Positions 1-11,286 of a stretch of DNA of 47,463 nucleotides are shown here, piece after piece. The DNA is from Basidiobolus ranarum. Taxonomy: Eukaryota. The notes beneath the pieces are model-generated. The model worked only from the letters and a program-made list of their open reading frames with translations, made no database searches and was not told the DNA's origin. The DNA lies in assembly GCA_040143965.1 (NCBI GenBank), contig JASJQH010006897.1, positions 1 through 47,463 of the forward strand, written 5' to 3'. A program made the position numbers and the translations under genes. How positions within the stretch are numbered: position 1 is the first letter of the stretch; each line of letters starts with the position of its first letter.

Positions 1-2193
1 GAAATATATTACATCTCCTCCTGCGTATGCTCAGTTTTACCAAGAATTGAATTTGGGTCCTCCTTGGATGGAAGAAGAAGTGGATACTCTTCGCACCAAA
101 GCCCAGGTAATTTTTGAACTATTCACACGCTCTGCTCCATATTCACACGCTCTGCTCCATATTCACCATCCATCACCTTGAACTAGGCCTATCTTTGTCA
201 ACATATTTTTCACCCGAATTTGGCTATTTCGGATGCGACGTCCGAGCTAACGGATATGTCCCAGTGGTTTAAATTAGAACCATCGGATATTGTTGCCGAA
301 TGTCTCAAGTACCGTTTAAATGATCATGTAAACATGGGACTATCCTCTAGTGATGCACAGAAATTCTTTCAAACCCAAGTGGACACCACCTCCAATTTAA
401 TCAAGAAACAAACATTATTAACGTCCACCGATAATATTGCCTCTTTAAATGTTGATGATGAAGAATGGCCTCCAAACGTATCTAATCCTCTTTCACTTAC
501 TGATGAAACTCAAGAATCGGAACCTGAAAAGGACCCAAAACGACACACTTCTCTGGTGGATATCTTCAAGATTCATAAAGCACTCAAGCAAGGAATGGAA
601 ATCACCAATTGGGATCCATGGGTAACATATGACCTTGATATGTATCAAACCATTACCCCCACCTCTCTAACTAAATCACCATCAATCCATGTAGCAAATG
701 TTGGAGACTACCCAATATTCCACCGAATATAATAACTTCTCGCTAAAATATGGATTCTCCGAAGCTGACCTCACAGATGAAGAAAAGTTAAAATTCCTTC
801 AAAGAGAAATTTTACTACTTAAAAATGAAATCAATTTCGAAACTTACTTAAAACAACAATATATGCAACAGATGGGAAGACTTCATCGTGATCGAATGGT
901 TGAAAGTACTCTTGAATCCGAAAGACAAACTATGGTCGGTTCCCTACTCTTATCTATGTCTTCATCCACTCCCTTCCATTCCAAGGGTTATAACCTTATT
1001 TACTAAATAGTACAATACCTGTCGGTCGCTACAAAACGAAGTACGAGTACTAAAAGATACACTCAATCGACAACGGGCAGAAGCTGGTGCCACTAAATCT
1101 AAGCATGTTAATTGGGAGAATGAGTTGAATAGCAAACTACGCAGATATCGGGATGAACGAAAGAAATGGAATGCCGAATCTGTTCATCTGAACCAAAAGA
1201 TCAAAGAAGTCGAGGTATGTACTCAGACCATTTCAACCCTACATCTCATCTATATGTATTGTATAGTAATTCGTATACCATAGGACATTAATTCACAACA
1301 ACTTCAACAACTTGAAGGGGTGAATTCTAGGTAAAATAGATAGAGAATGTCTATGTGTATTCTTTAGTGTATTCATCTTATCCATGTTGTAGAATCTTTC
1401 AATTGGAAAACCAAATCATGATACAAGACACTATGGTTCGAGAGATCCAAGAATATGAAAAGCGTATCGAACAACTTACTGGACAACTTTCACTTTGGTA
1501 GCTATTCCCCTCCCCAACCCCTCATGTCCTCTAATCAAACTGAATTTCCCGTGGTAATTGTGTAGGGAAGAGGATCGTCACTCAATGAAGATACAAGCTC
1601 AACAGATTGAAACTTTAATTGGTCAATGGAAAGTACTGGAAACTGCTTTAATGTCGTCAGAAAGCACTATTAAATCACTGAATGATAAAGCCAGGTTAGT
1701 CTCGTCCTTGCCCTCCTTCCCCTTCCTCAAGCTAACATACATGTAGTGAGCAAGAGCGTAAGATCAATGAGTTAGAACAGAGCAAAGCTGTTCTAAGTAC
1801 TGAAGCAGAAAAGGAGCTGCTAAAAAGCAAGCTGGTTAGTTCAGCAGTATGACATCTTGAATGTACTTCCCAACTCACCAATATCCATAGCATGACATAC
1901 TGGAGACACAAACATTCAAGATCAACAACGAACTTCAAGAAAAGAAGATTTCTTTGGAAAATATGCTAAATAAGAATGTTTCTTTGGAGGTGAGTGATCT
2001 ACACACATCCACACAATGAACTCACCATACTCAATCATTTTATATCAAGGAAACTATCCTGCAACTTAAGGCTGACCTGGAACTCGCCAAGGAGAAGCAA
2101 CACAGTCGTAATGTTCCACACTCTGAACAGCCCATTCAGACACAACAAACACTTCCACCAGAACTCGAGGAATTTATGTATCAAACTTCCTGA
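1..2193 (+). CDS. TSC1: Hamartin (TSC1), 3' portion; multi-exon, 5' end lies outside the window
   Basis: Spliced translation gives HIFHPNL..SELTD..WFKLEPSDIVAEC and LQREILLLKNEINFETYLKQQYMQQMGRLHR (fungal hamartin motifs), then coiled-coil exons. GT-AG introns join the ORF-track fragments (e.g. 622-694). Last exon 2050-2193 ends in TGA. Confidence 0.85.
120..166 (+). repeat. 20-nt tandem duplication (TATTCACACGCTCTGCTCCA x2.3) inside a TSC1 intron
   Basis: Exact direct copies at 120-139 and 140-159 plus a partial copy at 160-166. Confidence 0.95.
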
Positions 2194-2412
2194 ATATTCA
2201 TTCTCTCACGCGACATTCCGTATCTCTGTACATACCACACTACATATTTACGAGCTCATCTGTGTGATTGAACACCAACTCAATAAAAGTCAATAGAGAG
2301 GAGAATGTTATTTCTACAGTCAACATTTATTTACAGCTAAAAGAATCATAGATAACAATTGAATGTCAATCGACTCGAAGGAATTAGAAACCATAGATAA
2401 CATTCATAGACT

Positions 2413-3444
2413 CTAAAAAGAACACGTAAACTCCTCATACTTTGGTGGATGAAGCACCGCATGATCGTATGTTGGAAGTGAATCATCCAGATTCTTCAAA
2501 TTCGCCGAGAAAATTCGAACTGGTAAATGTAGCGTGAGATATTGACGATCACCCGAAGAATCCACCAGGTCTAATCGAATAGATATATAATGCTTAAGTC
2601 TCACATAGTCCGTACTGGAATCCCCATCAATCAATTGAGAGTTATTCGGGATTTTAAGCTCTAAGAGCTGTTCACCATCTCTGATACCACCTTTCCAAGG
2701 GGTATTCAACCTACTGACTCGGTGAACATGCATCTTGGACCAATTCTTCAAGGCGGTCCTATATTTTGTTGCCTCCATAAGACGAAGGTGAACTCTTTTC
2801 ATTTGTACACCCGTTCTCAATGGGATCACCCCGACAGTGATCGGTATAGTATCCCCTATAGTATAGGAGGTAGTGGGGATAAGTACGTAGAACTGGCATT
2901 GATCAGGCAGTTCCCCAGCCCTATGTGTAGGTTGTTGCCACTCAAATGAGGAGGGAGATAAGGTGCGCTCCACCTGAATACACCTTTCAACACGTAACAT
3001 CGAACGAATCCCCTGTCGCTTGACACAACCCCCAAGAAGGTAGGAGATACTACCACGCTTAGCACGTATACTCTCAGGAACATCCCCATTTAAAGCTATT
3101 TCAAATTCGTATTTATAGACACCTCTTTGAAACAACCGAAAATCCCCCTCTGGCAAATCCAAATAAGTTTGTTGATAACTAGTGAAAGAATCCCGATAGA
3201 ATTTACCAGCTTACAGGAAAACCCAGATTAGAATGAAATAAAAGTGAATTAGATGAAATCCATATTTACCACTGATCAATGCGTTTCCGTTGAAATTTAA
3301 CTCGATACGGTTGATTCTGGAGGTACGTTTAATAGTTAAAATCATACATCCGCGTAATACGCATCCAGCAGACTCCTCACTAGTTCCTCTTAATACGATA
3401 TGATCGTTCTCCAGTTGAATCTCCAACGAATCCCTACTCCACAT
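2413..3444 (-). CDS. Alpha-arrestin (ART/Rod1/CreD-like ubiquitin ligase adaptor), 2 exons
   Basis: ATG at 3444 (MWSRDSLEIQLENDHIVLRG..SAGCVLRG); phase-1 GT-AG intron 3269-3210; arrestin N/C motifs (YKYEFEIALNGDVPES, GSISYLL, GDTIPI); C-terminal PY motifs LPTY and PPKY. Confidence 0.85.
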
Positions 3445-4323
3445 TTCTTCAAAACCAATGTCAGAGTAAAAGAAGTACTGATAAAACCCACCGATTACTA
3501 AATTACCGAGAAACACCAACATCTCATTTATATCTTGAATTCTTACTTCATCCGTTGTGCTATTTGACAATAGAAATTCACTAAATCCCTCCCCCCTTCA
3601 TTGTTATTTGTTTCTCTAGAAACAATGGTTTAACAATGTTTATTTGTATTCAAGAAATGAAAATGTTCTCTAACAACGAGTGTTTTAAACGATCGCTATA
3701 GATGAAACCAATCATTCACCCATTTCACATCAGAAGAAAAAAATTGAATGGATGGTAGGATAAAAATGAAATCTGAAAATAAATCTCTGGAAATCAGAAC
3801 CTCTTACCTTCTTCTCTCGCTCTCTTTTCTGGTGGAAACTCAGGTAAATTGAATATTGATTTTATACATGACCTTCTGCCCTTTTGTGATGAACAAAATA
3901 TATTGTCGTTAAACCTGATCCACTGATTTCGGTTGAAGATCGATACTAAGACGTCCTGAAAATTCCCTCTTTAACTTGGTTTCATGAACTTTTTAATGGC
4001 TTACTAAAATGTTCTTTTAGTGGTAGGTTTCTCCTCCCCAACGGGTGATAGATAAACTATGAAATAAAACTCAATATAACTATATATATATGTTTCAAGT
4101 CAATCACAGATCGGATTGGGTTATTATTAAGAAAGTACTATCTATACATGAAAATCAAGAACATCAAAAATATCTCAAGATACGAAGCAATTCGACAACT
4201 AAAAGTTCAAAAGTTGACCTTCGATGAGGCGGAGAATAGTCAAGTTTAGTAGCTGAACGTATGCGGATTAACCCATATTGAATGCAAAATCCCTCCAGTA
4301 CGAGGAAAGTGGTCAAGTATATC

Positions 4324-5228
4324 TTAACGAAATTCAAAAGAAGGGGCTCCTCTCTGGGGAACATGCTTCAGTGTTAATTGCTGGAACCACTCAGAATTCT
4401 AGAAAGAAAGGCAGTTAGATGTATTGTACAATCCATTAAAATGATGTTGGGTCAATTTACCTGATGATAATAATATCCGGTGATTGTACCAGTAGATACT
4501 TGAAAACAAATATAATAGAACCCTGCAAAGCTAGCGCCGTGAATGGACCGAACACGATGATCGGGAACCAAAAAATGTTCCTTCCAACGCATGAAAATGA
4601 AATCTTGGTTTTTAAAGTCGTAGTGAAAGTTATCTTTGTTGAAGGTTTTAGAGTATTGTTTAAACGCAGGGAATTTGGACTGAAAGTAATTAATAAAGAA
4701 AGTTTAGTAAAGTATTTTGAACTGCTACAGATGCATAAAAGATAAATACCCAATGTTGACGATCAATAAGCTCATCAGCCTCCCATTTTCTTGTTAAAAA
4801 AGGGTGTTTAGGTCCAATTATTTCGGCATCAAAAAAAGTAGTTAGTTCGGGATAATCATCGGTCAGACCCTTGATATGTAAATAGCCACAAAGATATGAC
4901 TCGCTCAAATCAACATGCTTTAGCAAAAAAAAAGAAATCAGAAAACGTTTGAGAAACTCGGCTATGTGCATGTGCAAATATGTATATATGTAGATAAACA
5001 TACCTGAATGTCTACAGTAACCTCATAGCCACTTTTTCCACTCATTTGTTCCCCTCTAAATTTACTACCAGAATATAGAGTACAAGTGCCGCTGGGAGTT
5101 AGTCTAATGGAGGAGAGATCAGTTGCAAAATTGGATTTCTTCAAAGGTCCATCTGACATCGCTTTGAAGTTGGAGGATTTTTGACTTTCCTTCTGGGAGT
5201 AAGGAGAGAATTTAGATGTGGCAGGCAT
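4324..5228 (-). CDS. GID4: GID/CTLH E3 ligase substrate receptor Gid4/Vid24, 4 exons
   Basis: Spliced product contains [83 protein letters not shown] and [16 protein letters not shown], and ends SFEFR*. Confidence 0.93.
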
Positions 5229-6539
5229 TGTTTAGAAAATAGTAAAGTTAAGTCTGATTTGAATAAAGATATGTTTTGAAAGAAAGTTAGAAAGGATGTG
5301 ACGGTTAGAAAATCAGGACTAAGTCCAAAGAAAACGGGCAACCTGATATAAAATAATATTTTTAGAAAAGGGTTTTGATTGGATTCAGTAATAATGAATC
5401 AATCGGCATATAGTCAAGTGATCATGTAGCCTCTCATTTCATTTTGAAATACCATAGCAACACAGTGGTTCAAGGAGATGATTCGCTCATTGTAGTTTGC
5501 CTACAGTTCGTAAAACGCCAAGGGCAAAAGCTCAGACAACAGATGGTATTCCTAATAAAATTCATATGCAACTTTACCACTCCAGGACTCGTGCGCTGTA
5601 TTGCGGACATTTTTTGGACCTGGAATGTATCCCATTGTTCAGAAATACCTCCTTCTCTATCCTGGGATATAACTTGTGTTTCAACTCCGTCACAAAACGG
5701 CCTATTATACGTCTCCAATCAGAAACGCATGTAACGTTGCCTCAAAAGTCAACTCTATTTGAAATACATAGTATACCACTACACTCATCAGATGATGTAT
5801 TTGAACTACATGAGGTTAGGGGCTAGTCGTTATTTTAGTAAGGTGCCGTAATTCGTTGAAAGGTATTTAATCACCAATCCAGTGACTATCGTTAGCGCTA
5901 CTCAATGTTGGGGCTACTGGGGTTAGGGTTGCGTTGGAGTTACTCAGTACCCTAATATCGCCTAATCTTGCAGCCCACAGATATTTAGAGTCAACAGGTT
6001 ACATTTAGGTATGGATATTAGGTTCAATATATGCGCTTTCGAATATATTAAATTAATGTTACCGAAGTATATATATAACAATATAATGCTTGGTTTGCCT
6101 CGACTCCGCCTAAAGGCTAATGTTTGAAATCCGGAAAGGAAGAGGATAATCGAAGAACCTGTATTAACTGGCTATCGATATATATTTATTAAAATTGGTT
6201 TCAGTCATTGAAGTAGCCATACATCATCTCCACTTGGGTGAAAGCAAAGAGGTCAAAAATGGATCCATTTAGATGTCTTCTTATTCTATTGTACTACTTT
6301 AAGATATCAATGATAGTGGGGTCAGTATCGATATTGTATCAAGGATACCAAGGTGTTACTAATTAATTCTCAGTATTGGGTATCTGGATTGGTATTGGGA
6401 GGCAAAGAGTACTGTTTAATATGATACAGGTTGCCACAAAGAATATGTGAGATAAGTGGATGACATACATACAGTGAACAAGATTAAAGTGAAAAGAAAA
6501 GAAGCAAACCAAAATAATGTGCAGGTACAGAGCCGTAAT

Positions 6540-7937
6540 TCAAAATGGAGTAAACTGAGCAATTTTTGGTGCTATCATGCTTTCGACCATGCTTTGTGTC
6601 AATTTGAGAGTGTGAAGATTCAACTTGATAGTGTGAAGATTTTTATGCTGCGCCAACATCAAGACTACTTTTTCAGTGACTGGCACTCTTCCGAAATCTA
6701 GATAATTAAGTGACTTGCACTCTGTTACCAAACGGCACAGCATTTCGTCTACTGTGTTCACTTCTGTTTCTCCACAGTTGCCCAGGACGAGAGTACTCAA
6801 TCCTGAGCAGTTAGAAAGGTGGCGTATGTCTGCTACAGTATAAGGAAGTCCACGAATATCCAAGTATCGCAATTGACGGCAATATCTTGCTATAATTGGT
6901 ACTACATTCTCAACTACGTTATTAGAATTTTGAGCAATAACAAGTTTCTTCAAATTTGCCCCCAATCGCTCCATTAAGTAGGTAATTCCCACCATAGTTA
7001 CCGATGTTAAAGAGAGATCAATCTCTTCTAATAACAAACAGTTGCGTGCTATTTCTAAAATACATTCATCATCTACACATTTGCAACAAGAGAATTCAAG
7101 TATACGAAGGTTTGGTAACTGTGAGATCCGTAATATGGCTTCCTTATTGTCGCTAGTAAAGAAAAGCCCACAGGATTGAAAGCTAAACCGAAGCTCTGTG
7201 CAGCTGAATCGATGATATTCAATTAATGTATTGATTGTTTCGCTAACAGACCGAATCCCACGATCACATACTAAAAACAATTCTTTCAAGCTCTGTGGGA
7301 TTTGAGCAGAGATAACCTTGGCAATGGCCGCATCTTCCAGGTAGTGTGCCCGAATTCTCAATCTATGAATATTGTGGCAGGCACGAGCAATAACTGATGC
7401 TTGAGCTATATCAAAATCCTCAATGTGTAAACATATGCTCTTCAAGGAAGGGTAGGAAATACCGAGAGGAAAAACGTCGGCTAAGCTCAATATTTCAACA
7501 AATACCAGCTTCTCCAGGATCGTAGAGCAATTGTCTCTAACTAGTTTCCATAATTTATGTGTCACTTTATGGCCTGTCGTAAGACTAAAGTCACCATGCC
7601 AAGGGGCCATATACCGAAGATCCAGAACTTTAAGAAGTGGTAGGTAATTTGTATAGCCTTCAGTTCCTCGGCTGCCGATAAATTCTTGTTCATTTTTTGG
7701 AAAGGTCGCGACACTTGAACTCACTAAAGTTCTAATAAGTTGTTTGATTCTGTACTCATCAGGGGTTGCATATTTGCCGTACTTTGGTAGCGGTAGGAAA
7801 CCCCAGGGGTTACGATAAAGAAGTCGGATAACAGCTTGTCTCCAAGAATGGGAAACCTTTGAGCAATTGTGTAATGCAGGACGGCAATCCCCAAAGTAGC
7901 TAAAGATTTGCTCAAGACACTCAGAAGGCAACTGCAT
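6540..7937 (-). CDS. F-box / leucine-rich repeat (RNI-like) protein, intronless
   Basis: N-terminal F-box LPSECLEQIFSYF..LHNCSKVSHSW..LYRNP; cysteine-containing LRRs (LEEIDLSLTSVT, LRYLDIRG, LNYLDFG). ATG at 7937 is preferred over the ORF-track TTG at 7955. Confidence 0.8.
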   Translation of the reverse strand: MQLPSECLEQIFSYFGDCRPALHNCSKVSHSWRQAVIRLLYRNPWGFLPLPKYGKYATPDEYRIKQLIRTLVSSSVATFPKNEQEFIGSRGTEGYTNYLPLLKVLDLRYMAPWHGDFSLTTGHKVTHKLWKLVRDNCSTILEKLVFVEILSLADVFPLGISYPSLKSICLHIEDFDIAQASVIARACHNIHRLRIRAHYLEDAAIAKVISAQIPQSLKELFLVCDRGIRSVSETINTLIEYHRFSCTELRFSFQSCGLFFTSDNKEAILRISQLPNLRILEFSCCKCVDDECILEIARNCLLLEEIDLSLTSVTMVGITYLMERLGANLKKLVIAQNSNNVVENVVPIIARYCRQLRYLDIRGLPYTVADIRHLSNCSGLSTLVLGNCGETEVNTVDEMLCRLVTECKSLNYLDFGRVPVTEKVVLMLAQHKNLHTIKLNLHTLKLTQSMVESMIAPKIAQFTPF

Positions 7938-8760
7938 GTTTCCAATATAGAACAAGCAGAGTGTGATAGGTAAAAAGGGTATTTCTTAAAAAGCAACGTC
8001 TCTTAAGAAAGTGTCTAAAATATGATACTTAAAATATCTTTGCGGGGGATGGGTGGCTTTATAAACTAAGCAATCCAAATCAGAAACAAATGTAACAGAG
8101 TACTGACGAATGCTAAAATCATGGAGTTGGGTACTGTTCAGAATAGGAATATTATCATGTCCTGCAGAACCATATAGACTAATCTCCGTTTGATTGTGTA
8201 TCGGTACAAGAGTAACCAATGTTCCGTCCCCAGTAGGGCTTTATGTATCGCTTGAAGCCATTGTGTTCGATAAGGCTGGTTATATACTGTTACCAAATCT
8301 GATACTAACTGGTAGTCTCAGTGACTTCTACTTTTGGTAAGCTGTAATATTAGATGGTTGAAGGAGGTCTAGGTCTTATCAGTCAGGTAAGGATTAGGGT
8401 CAGCAAGATCTAGGCTAAGTTAAGTATTTGTTTACGCAAACTGTATATATCTTCATTATCAAATTGATACTAGATCTTATCACATCAATCCTAGCTATCG
8501 CATTACTAAATCTTATCGCTATCTTATCAATAGATAACTTTTACGTCCTCTTCAAAAAAAACTTCATTGAAGATTTATTGAGGTCCACAGAGGCATTCTT
8601 GTGTGCATACAAATCCATTTGGATGAGCTAAAAAAACTGACGGACGTAGGTGAAATAAAATAAAATATACGCGTGAATGAATGAATGAATAAATGTAAAT
8701 AAACTCTATTTCTACCAAAAATATCTGAGAGGCCAGTTTCAAAGAATCCGTCAATAGTTA

Positions 8761-9357
8761 CTATAGTTCCGATAGGAATTTCTTGATTCCAGCTGGAAGT
8801 AGTTTATGCTCTATAGAATGTATTCTTTCTTCCAAGTCTTCAAGACTATCTTCTGGTAGAATAGGTATCTCTTGAGTAAGAATAGGAAGTCCTCTATCAA
8901 CTGCTGGGATAACTTTATGCACCATGGCGCCAGTATGCGTGATAGTTCCTTCTTTGAAAGCTTGATAAGCTCTTTCAATAGCATGAGCACCATCAAATTG
9001 ACCTGGTAAAGCTGGATGAAGATTAATCACATTCTCGGAGAAGTGTTGAAGAAAGTCGGCACTGAGAATATGCATCCAACCGGCAAGAACAATCAAGTCT
9101 GGTTTGTATTCCAAAATCTTCTTGGCCAAGTCAATGTCGTATTCAACACGAGTCTTTCCAGCTTCTTTATAAGGCTTTAGCGGAAACACAACAGTAGGAA
9201 TGCTAGCATTGGACGCTCTAGTCAAGCCGTAGGCGTTGGAGCGGTTTGATATAACCACAGAAATCTCAGCCTTTATCTCTCCGTTAGCAACATTGTCAAT
9301 GATGGCTTGGAGGTTGGAGCCATTACCAGATATCAAGATAACAATTTTGGGCACCAT
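8761..9357 (-). CDS. ADE8: Phosphoribosylglycinamide formyltransferase (monofunctional GAR transformylase)
   Basis: ISGNGSNLQA phosphate-binding loop, LAGWMHIL, INLHPALP, TGAMVHKV..VDRG and ERIHSIEH motifs. Confidence 0.95.
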   Translation of the reverse strand: MVPKIVILISGNGSNLQAIIDNVANGEIKAEISVVISNRSNAYGLTRASNASIPTVVFPLKPYKEAGKTRVEYDIDLAKKILEYKPDLIVLAGWMHILSADFLQHFSENVINLHPALPGQFDGAHAIERAYQAFKEGTITHTGAMVHKVIPAVDRGLPILTQEIPILPEDSLEDLEERIHSIEHKLLPAGIKKFLSEL

Positions 9358-9831
9358 TGGATAAGATAAAGATAGGCTTCAAATGCCAGAGGTTTTAATG
9401 AGCATACAAATGATTCATGTGCATGTGATTGGTGGTGTCTCCGAGTCACACCTGTTTTAGTCTTTCTACAGGGAGGTAGTTGATTGAAAATTTTGCTCAG
9501 ACTCGTTTGTGCTTATTTATTGATTGATCAGGCTGCGTGGCAGAATAAAGGGAACAGAGAAATTTATACAAACTAGGGAGTATATTGGCAACATTAAACG
9601 AATGTACCATGGAAATAAAGTGCAAAAAAGAAACGCCAGGTTTAGAAGAAAATAAGCCAAATAATAATCAGAGAAACTGGTACGCTTTGTTGAAAGCGAA
9701 GATGTGTGGAAAGGGCTAATTCATCAAACTGGCCTAATATCGCTCTCATACCCATGAGCTTTATTAAACCAGCCAAATATGATGAACAACTCTTATCCTA
9801 GAAAAAAGATATATGCTATCGTTAATAAATA

Positions 9832-10827
9832 TTAAGGTGGCCACAACATATTATTACGCAAGGAAGGAACAAAAATCCAGTCCTGGCGTAAAATCTTTAC
9901 GGACTCAAGAGCTTTGTAAAAAAGCGTCAAGGGCTTAACCGGGATGTCCTCATCTATGTTCTTACGGAATCCGGGGTATTCAGGTGAATGGTTCAAAAGA
10001 ATGGGGCTGAGACCAAAACTGAAGATCCAAATTAGTATCCACCATACCAGGGAAATATTGTAGCTGTTGAGGCATACAGGAAGATCCGTCGAACGAAAAG
10101 ATGGGCCGTAAAGATTCCTCTTGAATGTTGGTAGCCTCCGCTGCTGAGAATCAAAGCAAGGTTGTCTATTGACAACTCTCGAAAATGACTTGGTGAGCAC
10201 TGCTGACTCGCCAAAGCTACCAACAAGGAAATTTGACATCACGGGTTGTTGTGAAACAGGATTAGCATGAAACTGCGATTGGAACTGCGCTAACTGGGCA
10301 GTAAGAGCCTCCAGTTTCTTAGCAAGATTTAGTTTCTCATCTTCTACTCTTTGTAAACGCATTGACAAAGTATTGTTTTGCTCTTGAAGAACATTATTAG
10401 AATCTTCGAGTTCTGAGATGTAAAGACGTTTACGATCACGAGACTCTTGAGCAGCCGCTCTATTTCTAATGACTCTGTCCTTGGCACGTGCATCCTTATC
10501 AATGACTTCACTCTTGCGTTTTCGACCAGCTTTACTAGCTGTTCTAACCGCCGGCTCAGGGGAGGTTTGTTCAGAAGAGACTGATGAACTGCGAGCTTTG
10601 AAACTTCTAGGTGAAAGCGAGCCATCCCGTGAAACACCGTTCTCAGTCCCAAAATCTGTGACGTGAGCAGGTGGAGTCAATGGAAGAGTGTTTAATCTAG
10701 AGTCGGAGAAAAACGAAGATTCTTTCATGAAAGAGTAGGTTTGAGGAAACTCTGTCTTGCTAACCGTCGTCACATCTTCTGGCAAAAAAGTACCAAACAA
10801 GTTGGGCATCAAAGAATTTGCTGACAT
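9832..10827 (-). CDS. HAC1: Unfolded protein response bZIP factor HAC1/XBP1 (unspliced 331 aa, stop at 9832; spliced 262 aa, stop at 9980)
   Basis: Basic region DRVIRNRAAAQESRDRKR..SELE plus leucine zipper resembles HacA/XBP1; GESA motif at the Ire1 5' cleavage site. The start at ATG 10827 is inferred; the 72 codons upstream in the ORF track probably cover promoter/5'UTR (CCAAT- and TATA-like motifs). Confidence 0.88.
   Translation of the reverse strand: MSANSLMPNLFGTFLPEDVTTVSKTEFPQTYSFMKESSFFSDSRLNTLPLTPPAHVTDFGTENGVSRDGSLSPRSFKARSSSVSSEQTSPEPAVRTASKAGRKRKSEVIDKDARAKDRVIRNRAAAQESRDRKRLYISELEDSNNVLQEQNNTLSMRLQRVEDEKLNLAKKLEALTAQLAQFQSQFHANPVSQQPVMSNFLVGSFGESAVLTKSFSRVVNRQPCFDSQQRRLPTFKRNLYGPSFRSTDLPVCLNSYNISLVWWILIWIFSFGLSPILLNHSPEYPGFRKNIDEDIPVKPLTLFYKALESVKILRQDWIFVPSLRNNMLWPP
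10144..10202 (-). other. Ire1-cleaved non-spliceosomal intron, 59 nt
   Basis: 5' hairpin TTGGCGAGT[CAG|CAGT]GCTCACCAA and 3' hairpin TTCT[CAG|CAGC]GGAG, both with 7-nt CNGCNGN loops; length is 2 mod 3; no GT donor. Confidence 0.88.
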
Positions 10828-11286
10828 GGAAGATGTGACGACGTTAGTAGGGCGCGTGGGAGAAGGCACTGGGGTATGAGTAGCAAATGAGTAACTCTGC
10901 TGAATGGTGTGTGGAAAAAGAGAATTGAAGGAAGGAAGGTAGTTGTGTTCATTTGCAGATTGGTATACATATAAAAGAATTGAAGGCGGTGATTGGTAAA
11001 TAGCTTTTACTACCCCGAGTCCCCCTTGTAGCGAGCACATCATATTTCATCGCTATCCAGGCAGTAATAAAATCCCTAATCTAGTACAAATTTTCAGGTC
11101 CACCAATAATATCAAGAGAAGAAATTTGTAGAATTCTATCCACACTTCTCGTACTGTATATATATAATCATGATTGAGTAAAATAGATGTGATTGCTTAT
11201 CGCACAAACCATCTCTTTATATATAATTGTTCAAGCAAATTTATGCAGATTTTAGAGAGCTTGCTTAATAGAAATTACATGGTTTC

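Noticed and set aside
220-1006. Apparent frameshift between overlapping ORFs 220-732 and 698-1006 in TSC1
   Set aside because: Explained by an ordinary 73-nt GT-AG intron (622-694) with a CTAAC branch; no recoding is needed.
5715-5795. Possible C/D box snoRNA on the minus strand (TGATGA ... CTGA, about 70 nt apart)
   Set aside because: Box C lacks the leading purine, there is no convincing terminal stem, and no rRNA-complementary guide was recognised.
8755-8772. ADE8 C-terminus SEL as a peroxisomal signal or read-through candidate
   Set aside because: SEL is not a canonical PTS1, and the stop is a tandem TAG TAA rather than a TGA CTA read-through context.
10828-11043. 72-codon N-terminal extension of the bZIP ORF
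   Set aside because: It overlaps CCAAT- and TATA-like motifs and pyrimidine-rich 5'UTR-like sequence, so it is probably an incidental open frame; not formally excluded.
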